Positions 55,828-64,000 of a stretch of DNA of 64,000 nt are shown here, in pieces; the first letter of the stretch is position 1; each line of letters starts with the position of its first letter. The notes beneath the pieces were generated by a model that was given only the letters and a program-made list of their open reading frames with translations, was not told the DNA's origin and made no database searches. The translations under genes and the position numbers were made by a program. Source of the DNA: an uncultured Bacilli bacterium (GTDB taxonomy: Bacteria > Bacillota_I > Bacilli_A > RF39 > UBA660); contig CANQSQ010000003.1 in the NCBI GenBank assembly GCA_947626565.1, positions 1,518 to 65,517 on the forward strand, written 5' to 3'.

Positions 55828-55837
55828 TGACAGATTT

Positions 55838-56440
55838 TTAAAAATAAAGAAATTTTATAAAATGGGGAACGATATAAGTTTCTAGAAGACTACTTATTAA
55901 GACTAGAAATAAAGAGATAAAAAGAATTTTTAAATATCTTTTTACTAGGAGAGATTTATGATAATTTTCCTTTTTAAAGAGATGTTTATATAGCATGATG
56001 GAAAAGTTTAAAGAATAGTAAGTTAAAAAGAAAAGAGTTAATAAATTGAGTAATTGGGGCATGACATATATTAGGGCTAATAAAAGACCTTTTAATTTAT
56101 AATTATATAAAATACTAGTAAAAGTAAAACTAAAAAGGAAACTTTTGAAACTAAAGATAAGAATTATTATCGGAAAGCCTATTAAAGAGATTCCTAAGAG
56201 CCAAATTAGACCTACTATGAATAAATTACTACCGGTAATCTTAATTAAGCTCTTAGAGTAAATTATGGCGTTATTTTTTATTTGATCAAGATAATATGAA
56301 ATACTATCTTTTATGAGATTTTTATTTTGATTATCTAGGAAACTTATATAAAAAAGACCTAGAAAAAAAGAAATAAGTAGAAGACTTAGTAAGATTATTA
56401 GTAATTTATTTTTATGCGCTTTTAATGGATATTTTTTCAT
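55838..56440 (-). CDS. spoIIM: stage II sporulation protein M-like membrane protein
   Basis: About 200 aa with 5 TM segments and a soluble insert after TM1. LFIVGLIWLLGISLIGFPIIILIFSFKSF and YVMPQLL resemble the SpoIIM family. In B. subtilis, spoIIM lies near xerD and the phosphopentomutase gene. Confidence 0.5.
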   Translation of the reverse strand: MKKYPLKAHKNKLLIILLSLLLISFFLGLFYISFLDNQNKNLIKDSISYYLDQIKNNAIIYSKSLIKITGSNLFIVGLIWLLGISLIGFPIIILIFSFKSFLFSFTFTSILYNYKLKGLLLALIYVMPQLLNLLTLFFLTYYSLNFSIMLYKHLFKKENYHKSLLVKRYLKILFISLFLVLISSLLETYIVPHFIKFLYF

Positions 56441-56544
56441 ATTATCACCCTACTCTACTTTATTAGGGTTAATATAAAATAATACCTTAAATTATTTTAC
56501 TTTTTATTACAAATATTTTATAATTAATTAGAGGTGAATACTTA

Positions 56545-56631
56545 ATGAGTGATAAAGTAATAAAGATAGTAGCAATTGTAATGGTTATTGCGATGATAGC
56601 TGGATTTTTAAGTGTTTTAATTTTTATGTAA
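56545..56631 (+). CDS. 28-aa hydrophobic peptide
   Basis: Not in the ORF track. RBS agaggtg lies 8 nt before the ATG. Sequence MSDKVIKIVAIVMVIAMIAGFLSVLIFM. It has its own terminator at 56663-56697. Confidence 0.4.
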   Translation: MSDKVIKIVAIVMVIAMIAGFLSVLIFM

Positions 56632-56662
56632 AAAGCTAGAACGAAAGATAGTAATTTTAAGG

Positions 56663-56697
56663 ATTGTAACTGAGGTATCAGGATACAATTTTTTTTT
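56663..56697 (+). terminator. intrinsic terminator
   Basis: attgta-a-ctga ggta tcag-ga-tacaat hairpin followed by T9. Confidence 0.7.
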
Positions 56698-56784
56698 ACT
56701 TAGTTATGAGAAATATAATAAACATTTGGGAGAAGTATTAATATTGTTTTAGAAAAAAATAGTAGGATTTTCCTACTATTTTCT

Positions 56785-57093
56785 TTATTTACTTTCTTTT
56801 TGGATATAACCTTCTATTTCCGGTAAGATATTATCAATACGAGAAGTAATATTATATTTATTTATAATATCATTTATACGCCTATTATCTTTAGCAAGAT
56901 AAAGCATTAATAAGCCCCCTATTCTATTGGCAGTATATTGGTCTAGTTTTTTTAAATCGGTAGCTGATAAATTATATTTTTTGGCTATATCAAGAATAGG
57001 TCCATATTCATATATATAGTTAGTAAGAGCTTTAGCTATTGTTTCAATGTCTTTATTTTTATCAGTAATATGAATTTTAGTCCATATTTTCAT
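56785..57093 (-). CDS. hypothetical protein (102 aa)
   Basis: An ORF in an intergenic-size slot, on the same strand as its neighbours. No motif recognised. Confidence 0.35.
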   Translation of the reverse strand: MKIWTKIHITDKNKDIETIAKALTNYIYEYGPILDIAKKYNLSATDLKKLDQYTANRIGGLLMLYLAKDNRRINDIINKYNITSRIDNILPEIEGYIQKESK

Positions 57094-57162
57094 AAGACAC
57101 CTTCTTTCTTATCAAGTCATTATACTAACATAAATAAGAAAAAAAATAAAGATTTTAATTCT

Positions 57163-57690
57163 TTATTTTAGGTAAGGATTATGTTCCTTTTCATATTTTA
57201 AAGTTGTTTCTTCATTATGACCAGGATATAGTTTTATATCATCATCGTAGGTCAATATTTTTTTAATAGATTCTTGCATTTCAGTAGCACTACCACTTGG
57301 TAGATCAGTACGACCAATACTTTCTTTAAAAATGAAATCACCAATGAACATGACTTTTTCATCTTCAAAATAGAAAGTTACGGAATCTTTAGAATGTCCA
57401 GGAGTATAGATACATTTAAATTTAAAACTCCCTATTTGATATTCATGATTTTCTTCTAAACTACTTCGTTTAAATATTTTTATACTTCTTTTGGTTAAGA
57501 AGTTTCGTAAAGCCCCAATATGATCAAAATGAGAATGAGTTATTAATACTCCTAGAATTTTATTAGGACCAATGGCTTCTTTAATTTTTAAAAAATCATC
57601 ACCTGGGTCTATTACTAAACACTCATTATTATTAATGACGATGTAGCAATTTTCATCTAAAACACCTGTAATAACTTTTTTAATTTCCAT
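57163..57690 (-). CDS. MBL-fold metallo-hydrolase (glyoxalase II-like)
   Basis: ITHSHFDHIG (HxHxDH), TPGHS, and a GDFIF...PGH layout. Confidence 0.85.
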   Translation of the reverse strand: MEIKKVITGVLDENCYIVINNNECLVIDPGDDFLKIKEAIGPNKILGVLITHSHFDHIGALRNFLTKRSIKIFKRSSLEENHEYQIGSFKFKCIYTPGHSKDSVTFYFEDEKVMFIGDFIFKESIGRTDLPSGSATEMQESIKKILTYDDDIKLYPGHNEETTLKYEKEHNPYLK

Positions 57691-57710
57691 AATAATTCAC
57701 CTTGCTTATT

Positions 57711-58583
57711 TTAATATTTTTCTTGATATTCTTTACTTACATATATGTAATTATAATTGGTATCTAATTTAAAAGTATAAATATAAGTACCACTTTTTAA
57801 ATAGTCAGGTGGCGTTGTTGATTCGGTACCAGAATATTTTACTTCTTCTTTTAAGGTAATAGCATTGCCAGTAGAAATGGCTTCTGTTAATTCTTTAGTA
57901 ACTTTAAATGAGGTTGTAAAATGATTAGCGCAGTATCCTTCAACATATTCACCACGAGCCGCAATATATTGAAAACCACCCATACAGTTTTTACCTATTT
58001 GAACATTAGCATTAGCTATTTCTGTTTTTTCACCAAAAAGCTTTTTTAATTCAAGTTGCATGGTTTCTTCTTTAAATGCTCGAGGAGTGAAAGTAGAAGT
58101 TACTTGACAAGTATATGGTTCCATAGCATTTTCATCAAATAAGTTACAGTTAGAATCATAAAATTTATCAGGAGCAATTTGACGGTAAGCTAGGTAAAGT
58201 TTCATACTATCATTTAATTCAACAGAAGATAAATCTTCCCGAATATTTGTTTTTACTTTATTATAAAGGTCTTGTACAATTGTGGAATTTAAGTCTAATT
58301 TTTCTTCTTCTCCAGCTTTAACGGGACTACACTCATATTTTAATTTTTCAATGGTCGAATTATGATCTTGAGTTGCATAGACAATATAAGCAATTAAAAT
58401 TACAATAATAAATACTAAAAAAGGTGTCATGTGAGACTTTTTTTTAGGTTTTTCTACTTTAGTTTCAGGACTTGGAGAAGTTACTGGCGGAGTACTAGGA
58501 GTAGTAGCTTCAGTAGTTGGCACAGTAATATTAGTAGCTTCGGTATTAGTATTGGTTGTATTTGTATTAACCCCATTATTCAT
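57711..58583 (-). CDS. membrane-anchored protein with Thr/Pro-rich N-terminus, unknown function
   Basis: NTNTTNTNTEATNITVPTTEATTPSTPPVTSPSPE low-complexity head, one TM segment (FLVFIIVILIAYIVYA), then a ~210-aa extracytoplasmic domain with several Cys. Confidence 0.5.
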   Translation of the reverse strand: MNNGVNTNTTNTNTEATNITVPTTEATTPSTPPVTSPSPETKVEKPKKKSHMTPFLVFIIVILIAYIVYATQDHNSTIEKLKYECSPVKAGEEEKLDLNSTIVQDLYNKVKTNIREDLSSVELNDSMKLYLAYRQIAPDKFYDSNCNLFDENAMEPYTCQVTSTFTPRAFKEETMQLELKKLFGEKTEIANANVQIGKNCMGGFQYIAARGEYVEGYCANHFTTSFKVTKELTEAISTGNAITLKEEVKYSGTESTTPPDYLKSGTYIYTFKLDTNYNYIYVSKEYQEKY

Positions 58584-58669
58584 TCTTTATCACCTATCTT
58601 TTCATACTATTTAAATTTTAATATATTTTTTGATAATTTACAAGAGCAAAAGAAAAAGAAGTAGTAAAT

Positions 58670-60478
58670 TTACTCTTCTTCGACTTGAAATTGCGAATTA
58701 TATAAATTAGCATAAAAGCCATTTTTTTGTAATAATTCTTGATGATTACCTTGCTCGATAATGTCACCATTATTCATAACTAAAATTAAATCGGCATTTT
58801 TAATAGTTGATAAACGGTGAGCAATAATAAAACTGGTTCGTCCTTCCATTAGTTTATCCATGGCTTTTTGAATTAAGATTTCTGTTCTGGTATCTACACT
58901 TGAGGTAGCTTCGTCAAGAATTAAAATTTTAGGGTCAGATAAAATGACACGGGCTATTGTTAGTAATTGTTTTTGACCACCGGAAATGTTATCAGCTTCT
59001 TCATTTAAAACCATGTTGTAATCATTAGGAAGGGTTTTAATAAAGTGATGAACGCTGGCTGTTTTACAAGCTTCTATTACTTCTTGGTCGGTAGCATCTA
59101 GTTTACCATATTTGATATTATCTTTTATGGTACCATTAAATAACCAGGTATCTTGTAATACCATACCAAATAATTTACGTAAATCTTGACGTTTAAAGGA
59201 ATTGATATTTTTATTATCTATTAAAATACTACCACTATTTAATTCATAGAAGTGCATTAATAGTTTTACTATTGTTGTTTTACCAGCACCAGTTGGTCCT
59301 ACAATAGCAATTTTTTGACCTTTTTTAATTTTAGTTGAAAAATCATTAATAATAATTTTGTTAGGATTATAGCCAAAATGAACATTTTTAAATTCTATGT
59401 TACCTTTTATATCAGCAATACTTTCAGCATTAGTAGTAACATCTTGTTCTTCTTCTAATTTTAGAAAGTCAAAGACTCTTTCACTAGCGGCTATAGCTGA
59501 TTGAACATTGGCCATAACTTGGGATAATTGATTGATTTGTTGAGTGAAATTACGAACGTATTGCGTAAATGATTGAATATCCCCTACTTCAATTTTATCT
59601 AAAATAACCATGTAGCCACCTAGGATTGAGATAACAACATAACCTAAGTTTCCAATAAATTGCATTATAGGATGCATAGCAGTAGCTAAAAATTGCGATT
59701 TCCAAGCACTTTGGTATAAGGTCTTATTTAGGCCTTTAAAGGTTTCGATAGCAGCGTTTTCTCCATTAAAAGCTTTGACAATATCATGACCACCATATAT
59801 TTCTTCAACATGACCATTCATGTGGCCTAGATATTCTTGTTGCATGACAAAGTATTTTTGAGAACGAACGACGATTTTATTAAGGATAAACATACAGAAA
59901 GGAATGATTAAAAGTGTAGCAATTGTCATAGGAATATTAATAGATATCATCATAATTAATACACCGATTATAGTTGCTATTCCTCTAATGATTTCGGTAA
60001 TAGATTGATTTAAACATTGTGTTAGAGTATCAATATCATTAGTTACAATTGATAATATTTCTCCATGGGTTTTAGAATCAAAGTATTTCATTGGTAAGTG
60101 ATTTATTTTTTTACTTAAAGCATTACGTAAGTTGTAGGAAATATCATTAGAAATACCAGTCATTATAATACCTTGAATAGCACTAAATAAGGAACTAATA
60201 GTATAAAGAATAATAAGAATGATAGTAGTTTTTTCAATGTAGTTAAAGTTTATGCCACCAGTATTAGATATTTTTTTAATTAAACCATTAAAAATTTCCG
60301 TAGTTATATTACCCATTATTTTGGGTCCTATGATGACAAAGACAGTTGAAGCAATGGAGAAGATTATTACAAAGAATAAACCTAATTTATAGTTCTTTAA
60401 ATATGATAAAAGTTCTAGTAAAGTCTTTTTAAAATCTTTTGCTTTTTCAGATGGCATTGGTCCACGTGATCTAGGCAT
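58670..60478 (-). CDS. ABC exporter, fused permease/ATPase (type I multidrug/lipid exporter half)
   Basis: Six TM segments, then Walker A GPTGAGKTT, signature ISGGQKQ, Walker B ILILDEATS and the H-loop IIAHRL. Confidence 0.9.
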   Translation of the reverse strand: MPRSRGPMPSEKAKDFKKTLLELLSYLKNYKLGLFFVIIFSIASTVFVIIGPKIMGNITTEIFNGLIKKISNTGGINFNYIEKTTIILIILYTISSLFSAIQGIIMTGISNDISYNLRNALSKKINHLPMKYFDSKTHGEILSIVTNDIDTLTQCLNQSITEIIRGIATIIGVLIMMISINIPMTIATLLIIPFCMFILNKIVVRSQKYFVMQQEYLGHMNGHVEEIYGGHDIVKAFNGENAAIETFKGLNKTLYQSAWKSQFLATAMHPIMQFIGNLGYVVISILGGYMVILDKIEVGDIQSFTQYVRNFTQQINQLSQVMANVQSAIAASERVFDFLKLEEEQDVTTNAESIADIKGNIEFKNVHFGYNPNKIIINDFSTKIKKGQKIAIVGPTGAGKTTIVKLLMHFYELNSGSILIDNKNINSFKRQDLRKLFGMVLQDTWLFNGTIKDNIKYGKLDATDQEVIEACKTASVHHFIKTLPNDYNMVLNEEADNISGGQKQLLTIARVILSDPKILILDEATSSVDTRTEILIQKAMDKLMEGRTSFIIAHRLSTIKNADLILVMNNGDIIEQGNHQELLQKNGFYANLYNSQFQVEEE

Positions 60479-62627
60479 TTTCTAACTCCTCCTTACTTAA
60501 TTGAGATAAAGCAATTTCTTTATAAACTTGACAGTTTTTTAGTAAATCTTGATGTTTACCAATACCGACAATGTTTCCTTCATTTAAAACAACAATTTTG
60601 TCGGCATTCATAATAGTAGATATTCTTTGGGCAACAATTAAAACAGTTTTATTTTTAGTGATAGTTTTTAATTCTTTACGAAGTTTAGCATCAGTTTTGA
60701 AATCAAGAGCTGAAAAGGAATCATCAAAGATATAAATATCAGGATTTTTAGCTAGGGCACGGGCTATAGAAAGACGTTGTTTTTGACCACCTGATACATT
60801 AGTTCCACCTTGAGCGATAAGGTAGTTTTCTTGATCTTTTAATTTGGTAACAAATTCTTCAGATTGAGATATTTTTAGTGCTTCTTGAACTTTAGCATTG
60901 GAAATATTGGCATTACTATATTTAATATTATCTTTAATAGTACCGGTAAATAAAATTCCTTTTTGAGGAACATAACCGATTTTGTTGCGTAGTTCTTGCA
61001 AATTGGCATCTTTTATATTAATGCCATCGACTAATAATTCACCACCAGTAACATCATAAAAACGTGGTATTAAATTAATCAAGGTAGATTTTCCTGAGCC
61101 GGTAGAACCAATAAAAGCCGTTGTTTCACCTGGATTGGCAGTAAAGTTTATATCAGTAATTACGTCATAATCAGCATCGGGATAGCGGAATGAAACATTA
61201 CGGAATTCAATTTTACCACGCTCTTTTTTAGAAAATGGTAAAGGATTTTTAGGATTCAGGATGGTATTTTTAGTTTCTAAAACTTCCATAATTCTTTTTG
61301 CAGAGACGTTAGCTCGTGGAAGCATAATTGACATCATAGATATCATTAGAAAGGCCATGATAATTTGCATTGTGTATTGGATATAAGCTAGAATATCCCC
61401 TACTTGCATGGTTCCATTATCAACACCTTTAGCGCCTTTATAGACGATAGCTAAACAAACAAAATTCATAATAAGCATCATAATAGGCATCATAAAACTC
61501 ATGGTTCTATTAACAAAAATATTAATTTTAGTTAGTCGCTTATTGGCATCATCAAAACGTTTTTCTTCATGTTCTTCATTAGAAAAGGCTTTTATTACTG
61601 GTAAACCAGATAAAATTTCACGGGTTACTAGGTTTAACTTATCAATTAATTTTTGAATCTTCGTAAATTTGGGCATAGCAATAGCAAATAAAAGAATTAC
61701 AAAGGAGAAAATTGAGGCTACAGCAACACCAATGATATAAGTCATTGAAGAATTAGTATGTAAGGCTTTAATAACGCCTCCAATACCAATTATAGGAGCA
61801 TAGATAACAACTCTAAATAAGAAAACAATAACCATTTGAACTTGCTGAATGTCATTGGTTGTTCTAGTAATTAGGGATGCAGCACCATAAGTTTTCATTT
61901 CGTTTTTAGAGAAACTAACTACTTTTTTAAAGACCTTTTCACGTAAATTTTTTGATAAAGTAGCGGCCATTCTTGAACCTACAAATACAGTTAAAATACC
62001 ACAAAGCATAACACTTAAAGCAATTAAGGTCATAATAATACCAACTTTGATGATGTAGTTAATTTGTAGTTTGTCAATATCTACATCGAGACGTTGATAT
62101 TCATTAGTGACATAAGAAATAGCAGCTTGATTAACAAGGGTATCAGGGTAATTTTGTAACTGTTTATCAATTTTTTGTAAAAGAACTTTTTTATCAGCAC
62201 TACTAGCATACTTTAAAGCGGTAAAAAAGGCATCACTATTAGGAAGAGTATTATCTTTCGCTTGATCACTACTTAAGAAAAGAGCAATAGTCATCGGTTT
62301 AGCAAAGATAGTACTAATTTTGTCAGTATTAGCCTTTTTTTGTAATTGATAAATAGGCTCTTTAGTATCTTTTTTAGTAAGTTGATAATTATCCATTATA
62401 TATTTTTTATCCTTAGCAGTCATTAAAAGAGTTAAATTATCTAATTCTGTTTTACCTATTTTTTCAATGGCAGCATTTTCAATACCATTTTGTTGAACAC
62501 CTACATTAATTATTTTAGATGTATACTCAGGTAAAGTTAAATCTAACCAAGCTTGTACAATAAGAAGTAAGATAATTACAATGACAGATAAAAATGATTT
62601 TTTTAAGTATTTAAATATTTTTAACAT
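60471..62627 (-). CDS. ABC exporter, fused permease/ATPase with ~150-aa extracytoplasmic insert after TM1
   Basis: Walker A GSTGSGKST, signature VSGGQKQR, Walker B IYIFDDSFS. It overlaps its partner by 8 nt and the TetR gene by 1 nt, so it is probably the other half of a heterodimer. Confidence 0.9.
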   Translation of the reverse strand: MLKIFKYLKKSFLSVIVIILLLIVQAWLDLTLPEYTSKIINVGVQQNGIENAAIEKIGKTELDNLTLLMTAKDKKYIMDNYQLTKKDTKEPIYQLQKKANTDKISTIFAKPMTIALFLSSDQAKDNTLPNSDAFFTALKYASSADKKVLLQKIDKQLQNYPDTLVNQAAISYVTNEYQRLDVDIDKLQINYIIKVGIIMTLIALSVMLCGILTVFVGSRMAATLSKNLREKVFKKVVSFSKNEMKTYGAASLITRTTNDIQQVQMVIVFLFRVVIYAPIIGIGGVIKALHTNSSMTYIIGVAVASIFSFVILLFAIAMPKFTKIQKLIDKLNLVTREILSGLPVIKAFSNEEHEEKRFDDANKRLTKINIFVNRTMSFMMPIMMLIMNFVCLAIVYKGAKGVDNGTMQVGDILAYIQYTMQIIMAFLMISMMSIMLPRANVSAKRIMEVLETKNTILNPKNPLPFSKKERGKIEFRNVSFRYPDADYDVITDINFTANPGETTAFIGSTGSGKSTLINLIPRFYDVTGGELLVDGINIKDANLQELRNKIGYVPQKGILFTGTIKDNIKYSNANISNAKVQEALKISQSEEFVTKLKDQENYLIAQGGTNVSGGQKQRLSIARALAKNPDIYIFDDSFSALDFKTDAKLRKELKTITKNKTVLIVAQRISTIMNADKIVVLNEGNIVGIGKHQDLLKNCQVYKEIALSQLSKEELENA

Positions 62628-63214
62628 TAATATTCCTCCTTATATATTCCATAACATAATATGTCTAATTTTTGAAAATATTTTCTTTTTGTCGCGGAAT
62701 AGTCTTTGGTTAAAGAAAATTCTTCAATAGATAAAAATAAATTATGCATAAGCATGGTAAAAATAAATTGAACATCTTGTTTTAAGTTAGTGGTATCTAT
62801 ATACTCTTTTATGTCTAAAAAGAGGTCCTGATGAGGATTTTTAAGTGGCTTGTTTCGTAAACTCTTAAAGATAAAAATGTTTTTAAAAATACCAATAGCT
62901 TCTTCTTTATAATATTTTTTAGTAATTTCTTCAAATAGAGATTTAAAAGTTTTATATAAATCACCTTGATTTTTAATAAGAAGATTTTTGATGATACTAT
63001 TTATTTCTTTAGTATTTAATTCAATTAAGTATTCAAATAAGTCTTCTTTATCTTTAAAATACATATAAAAACTACCTCGAGGTATATTAGAATTAGCAAT
63101 AATTTTATTGATAGATACTTCGTGATACTTTTTAGTAGCAAATTCTTTTAAGCTGTTCGCGATTAGGGTTTGTTGCTTTGAAGAATCTAAATTGAAGAAA
63201 GTATTACTGGGCAT
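62627..63214 (-). CDS. TetR/AcrR family transcriptional regulator
   Basis: N-terminal HTH (KKYHEVSINKIIANSNIPRGSFYMYFKDKEDLF). First gene of the operon with the ABC pair. Confidence 0.85.
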   Translation of the reverse strand: MPSNTFFNLDSSKQQTLIANSLKEFATKKYHEVSINKIIANSNIPRGSFYMYFKDKEDLFEYLIELNTKEINSIIKNLLIKNQGDLYKTFKSLFEEITKKYYKEEAIGIFKNIFIFKSLRNKPLKNPHQDLFLDIKEYIDTTNLKQDVQFIFTMLMHNLFLSIEEFSLTKDYSATKRKYFQKLDILCYGIYKEEY

Positions 63215-63242
63215 AAAATCATCCTTTCAACCATGCCTATTC

Positions 63243-63272
63243 ATTATAATATGACAAGTTGTCATATGTCAA
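63243..63272 (-). promoter_or_regulatory. consensus promoter with palindromic operator for the TetR-ABC operon
   Basis: The minus strand reads TTGACA (plus 63267-63272), 18-nt spacer, TATAAT (plus 63243-63248). The spacer is the perfect 9-1-9 palindrome ATATGACAA-G-TTGTCATAT (63249-63267). Confidence 0.65.
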
Positions 63273-63317
63273 TATAAGAAACAAAAAAAGTGATTATTAG
63301 TCACTTTAATTTTTTAT

Positions 63318-63394
63318 TGGTAGTCTGTACGGGTTTCGAACCCGTGAATGCCACCTTGAGAGGGTGGTGTGTTAAGCCACTTCACCAACAGACC
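63318..63394 (-). tRNA. tRNA-Glu (anticodon CUC), CCA encoded
   Basis: The reverse complement is GGTCTGTTGGTGAAGTGGCTTAACACACCACCCTCTCAAGGTGGCATTCACGGGTTCGAAACCCGTACAGACTACCA. Acceptor GGTCTGT/ACAGACT (G1-U72 wobble), D stem GTG/CAC. Anticodon stem CCACC/GGTGG with loop CTCTCAA. T arm ACGGG-TTCGAAA-CCCGT. Closely resembles Bacillus tRNA-Glu. Confidence 0.85.
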
Positions 63395-63424
63395 AAGTAA
63401 TAATGTCTAAATTTGACATTATTA

Positions 63425-63453
63425 ATTTTAGCATATTTATTTGGGAAATACAA
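63425..63453 (-). promoter_or_regulatory. candidate promoter for the tRNA gene
   Basis: The minus strand reads TTGTAT (plus 63448-63453), 17-nt spacer ending in TG, TAAAAT (plus 63425-63430), about 30 nt upstream of the tRNA 5' end. Confidence 0.45.
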
Positions 63454-63531
63454 GGGAGAAAAGTATTTTTCTAACTATAAATTAGCTGCTACTTCCCCTA
63501 CTCCTTAATAATTGGTCTATAACAATAATGA

Positions 63532-64000
63532 TTAAGTAAGTAGTAATTTTTTAGGGTTAGAAGAATTAAGAAGAGCTAGTTTTAATTTAGGTATTATTTG
63601 GGTATAGATTATTTGCTCTTCTGCATTGGTAACATTACCATGATTAGGATATTCTAGGTAGTTAGAACCATAAAATTTTCGTAAAAGAAGACATTCATCT
63701 GAACTTAGCGAAGTAAGAATTACTGACAATTGGTCAATAGTAGTATCAAGGATAGCTAATAGTGTTTGACGTCGTGGATGATGAGGTCTATTTTCTTTAA
63801 TAGCTAGGACCTCTTCTAAATAAGCTTGAAGAAGATAATCATCAGTTTCCTTAATTAGTTTTTGTAAAGTAAGAATATCTAATTTTTGCTTAGCTAAAGT
63901 TGAAAGATAAGTTGTTCTTAAATAAATTTGTTCTTCTTCGGTAAAGTTTTTTAAAGCATTTTGAAGAGAACTAGTGGTATTTTTAGTATTATTTGTGTGG
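63532..64000 (-). CDS. hypothetical protein, C-terminal part (5' end outside window)
   Basis: My translation of the minus-strand frame of ORF 63532-63729 stays open up to base 64000 (...TEEEQIYLRTTYLSTLAKQKLDILTLQKLIKETDDYLLQAYLEEVLAIKENRPHHPRRQTLLAILDTTIDQLSVILTSLSSDEC...). No family recognised. Confidence 0.45.
   Translation of the reverse strand, partial: HTNNTKNTTSSLQNALKNFTEEEQIYLRTTYLSTLAKQKLDILTLQKLIKETDDYLLQAYLEEVLAIKENRPHHPRRQTLLAILDTTIDQLSVILTSLSSDECLLLRKFYGSNYLEYPNHGNVTNAEEQIIYTQIIPKLKLALLNSSNPKKLLLT

Noticed and set aside
44698-58664. ORFs 44698-44901(-), 46669-46854(-) and 58431-58664(+)
   Set aside because: They are antisense to the kinase, alaS and Thr/Pro-rich membrane protein genes respectively, and are most likely chance ORFs.
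1-64000. Prophage, IS element, integron or rRNA operon
   Set aside because: No capsid, terminase, tail, transposase or integrase-with-att signatures and no rRNA-like sequence were seen. The only recombinase remnants are the decayed resolvase fragment and housekeeping xerD.

Overview
AT-rich chromosomal segment, by eye below about 30% GC, from a spore-forming low-GC Bacillota. Gene content looks Erysipelotrichia/Clostridia-like and the standard code 11 applies. Layout: (1) 1-1176 holds the 3' part of gltX. (2) 1.2-19.0 kb is a Wzy-dependent capsule/exopolysaccharide locus. It opens with a cpsC/cpsD/cpsB-type module (chain-length regulator, BY-kinase, PHP phosphatase). A 1.1-kb non-coding gap follows, holding a perfect 20-bp palindrome and a decayed serine-recombinase gene. 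After the gap come an initiating phosphoglycosyl transferase, four glycosyltransferases, an EpsG/Wzy-like polymerase, a Wzx flippase, a TupA-like ATP-grasp enzyme and UDP-glucose dehydrogenase. The locus ends with two acetyltransferases (one frameshifted at a G9 tract) and a pyruvyl-transferase/ferredoxin/FrhB-like fusion. (3) 19.4-28.3 kb is an accessory stretch: five tandem hairpin repeats, a HigB/RelE-like toxin with an in-frame TGA, an XRE-ImmA partner and an LCP ligase. It continues with a GT-C membrane glycosyltransferase, a ~1200-aa KAP/YobI-type transmembrane P-loop NTPase and a small Fst-like peptide gene. (4) 28.3-53.5 kb is mostly core genes: SDR, lemA-TPM pair, mutS, nusB, xseAB, spoIVB, an 821-aa prepilin-type protein with six Cys-bracketed repeats, spoIIGA-sigE, tdk, yigZ and an AI-2E transporter. 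These are followed by an Ala T-box leader preceding two P-loop kinases plus alaS-holA, then rarA, a DHH-like protein, xerD and deoB. (5) 53.5-57.1 kb is a small islet (DUF1540, 740-bp AT-rich gap, DUF2726, HTH protein) next to spoIIM. (6) The remainder holds an MBL hydrolase, a membrane-anchored protein, a TetR-regulated heterodimeric ABC exporter, tRNA-Glu(CUC) and a partial ORF. I saw no rRNA, CRISPR array, intact transposase or prophage. The best candidates for something new are the tandem palindrome array that brackets the cps cassette, the KAP/YobI NTPase, the orphan giant pilin-like protein and the G9 phase-variable acetyltransferase.
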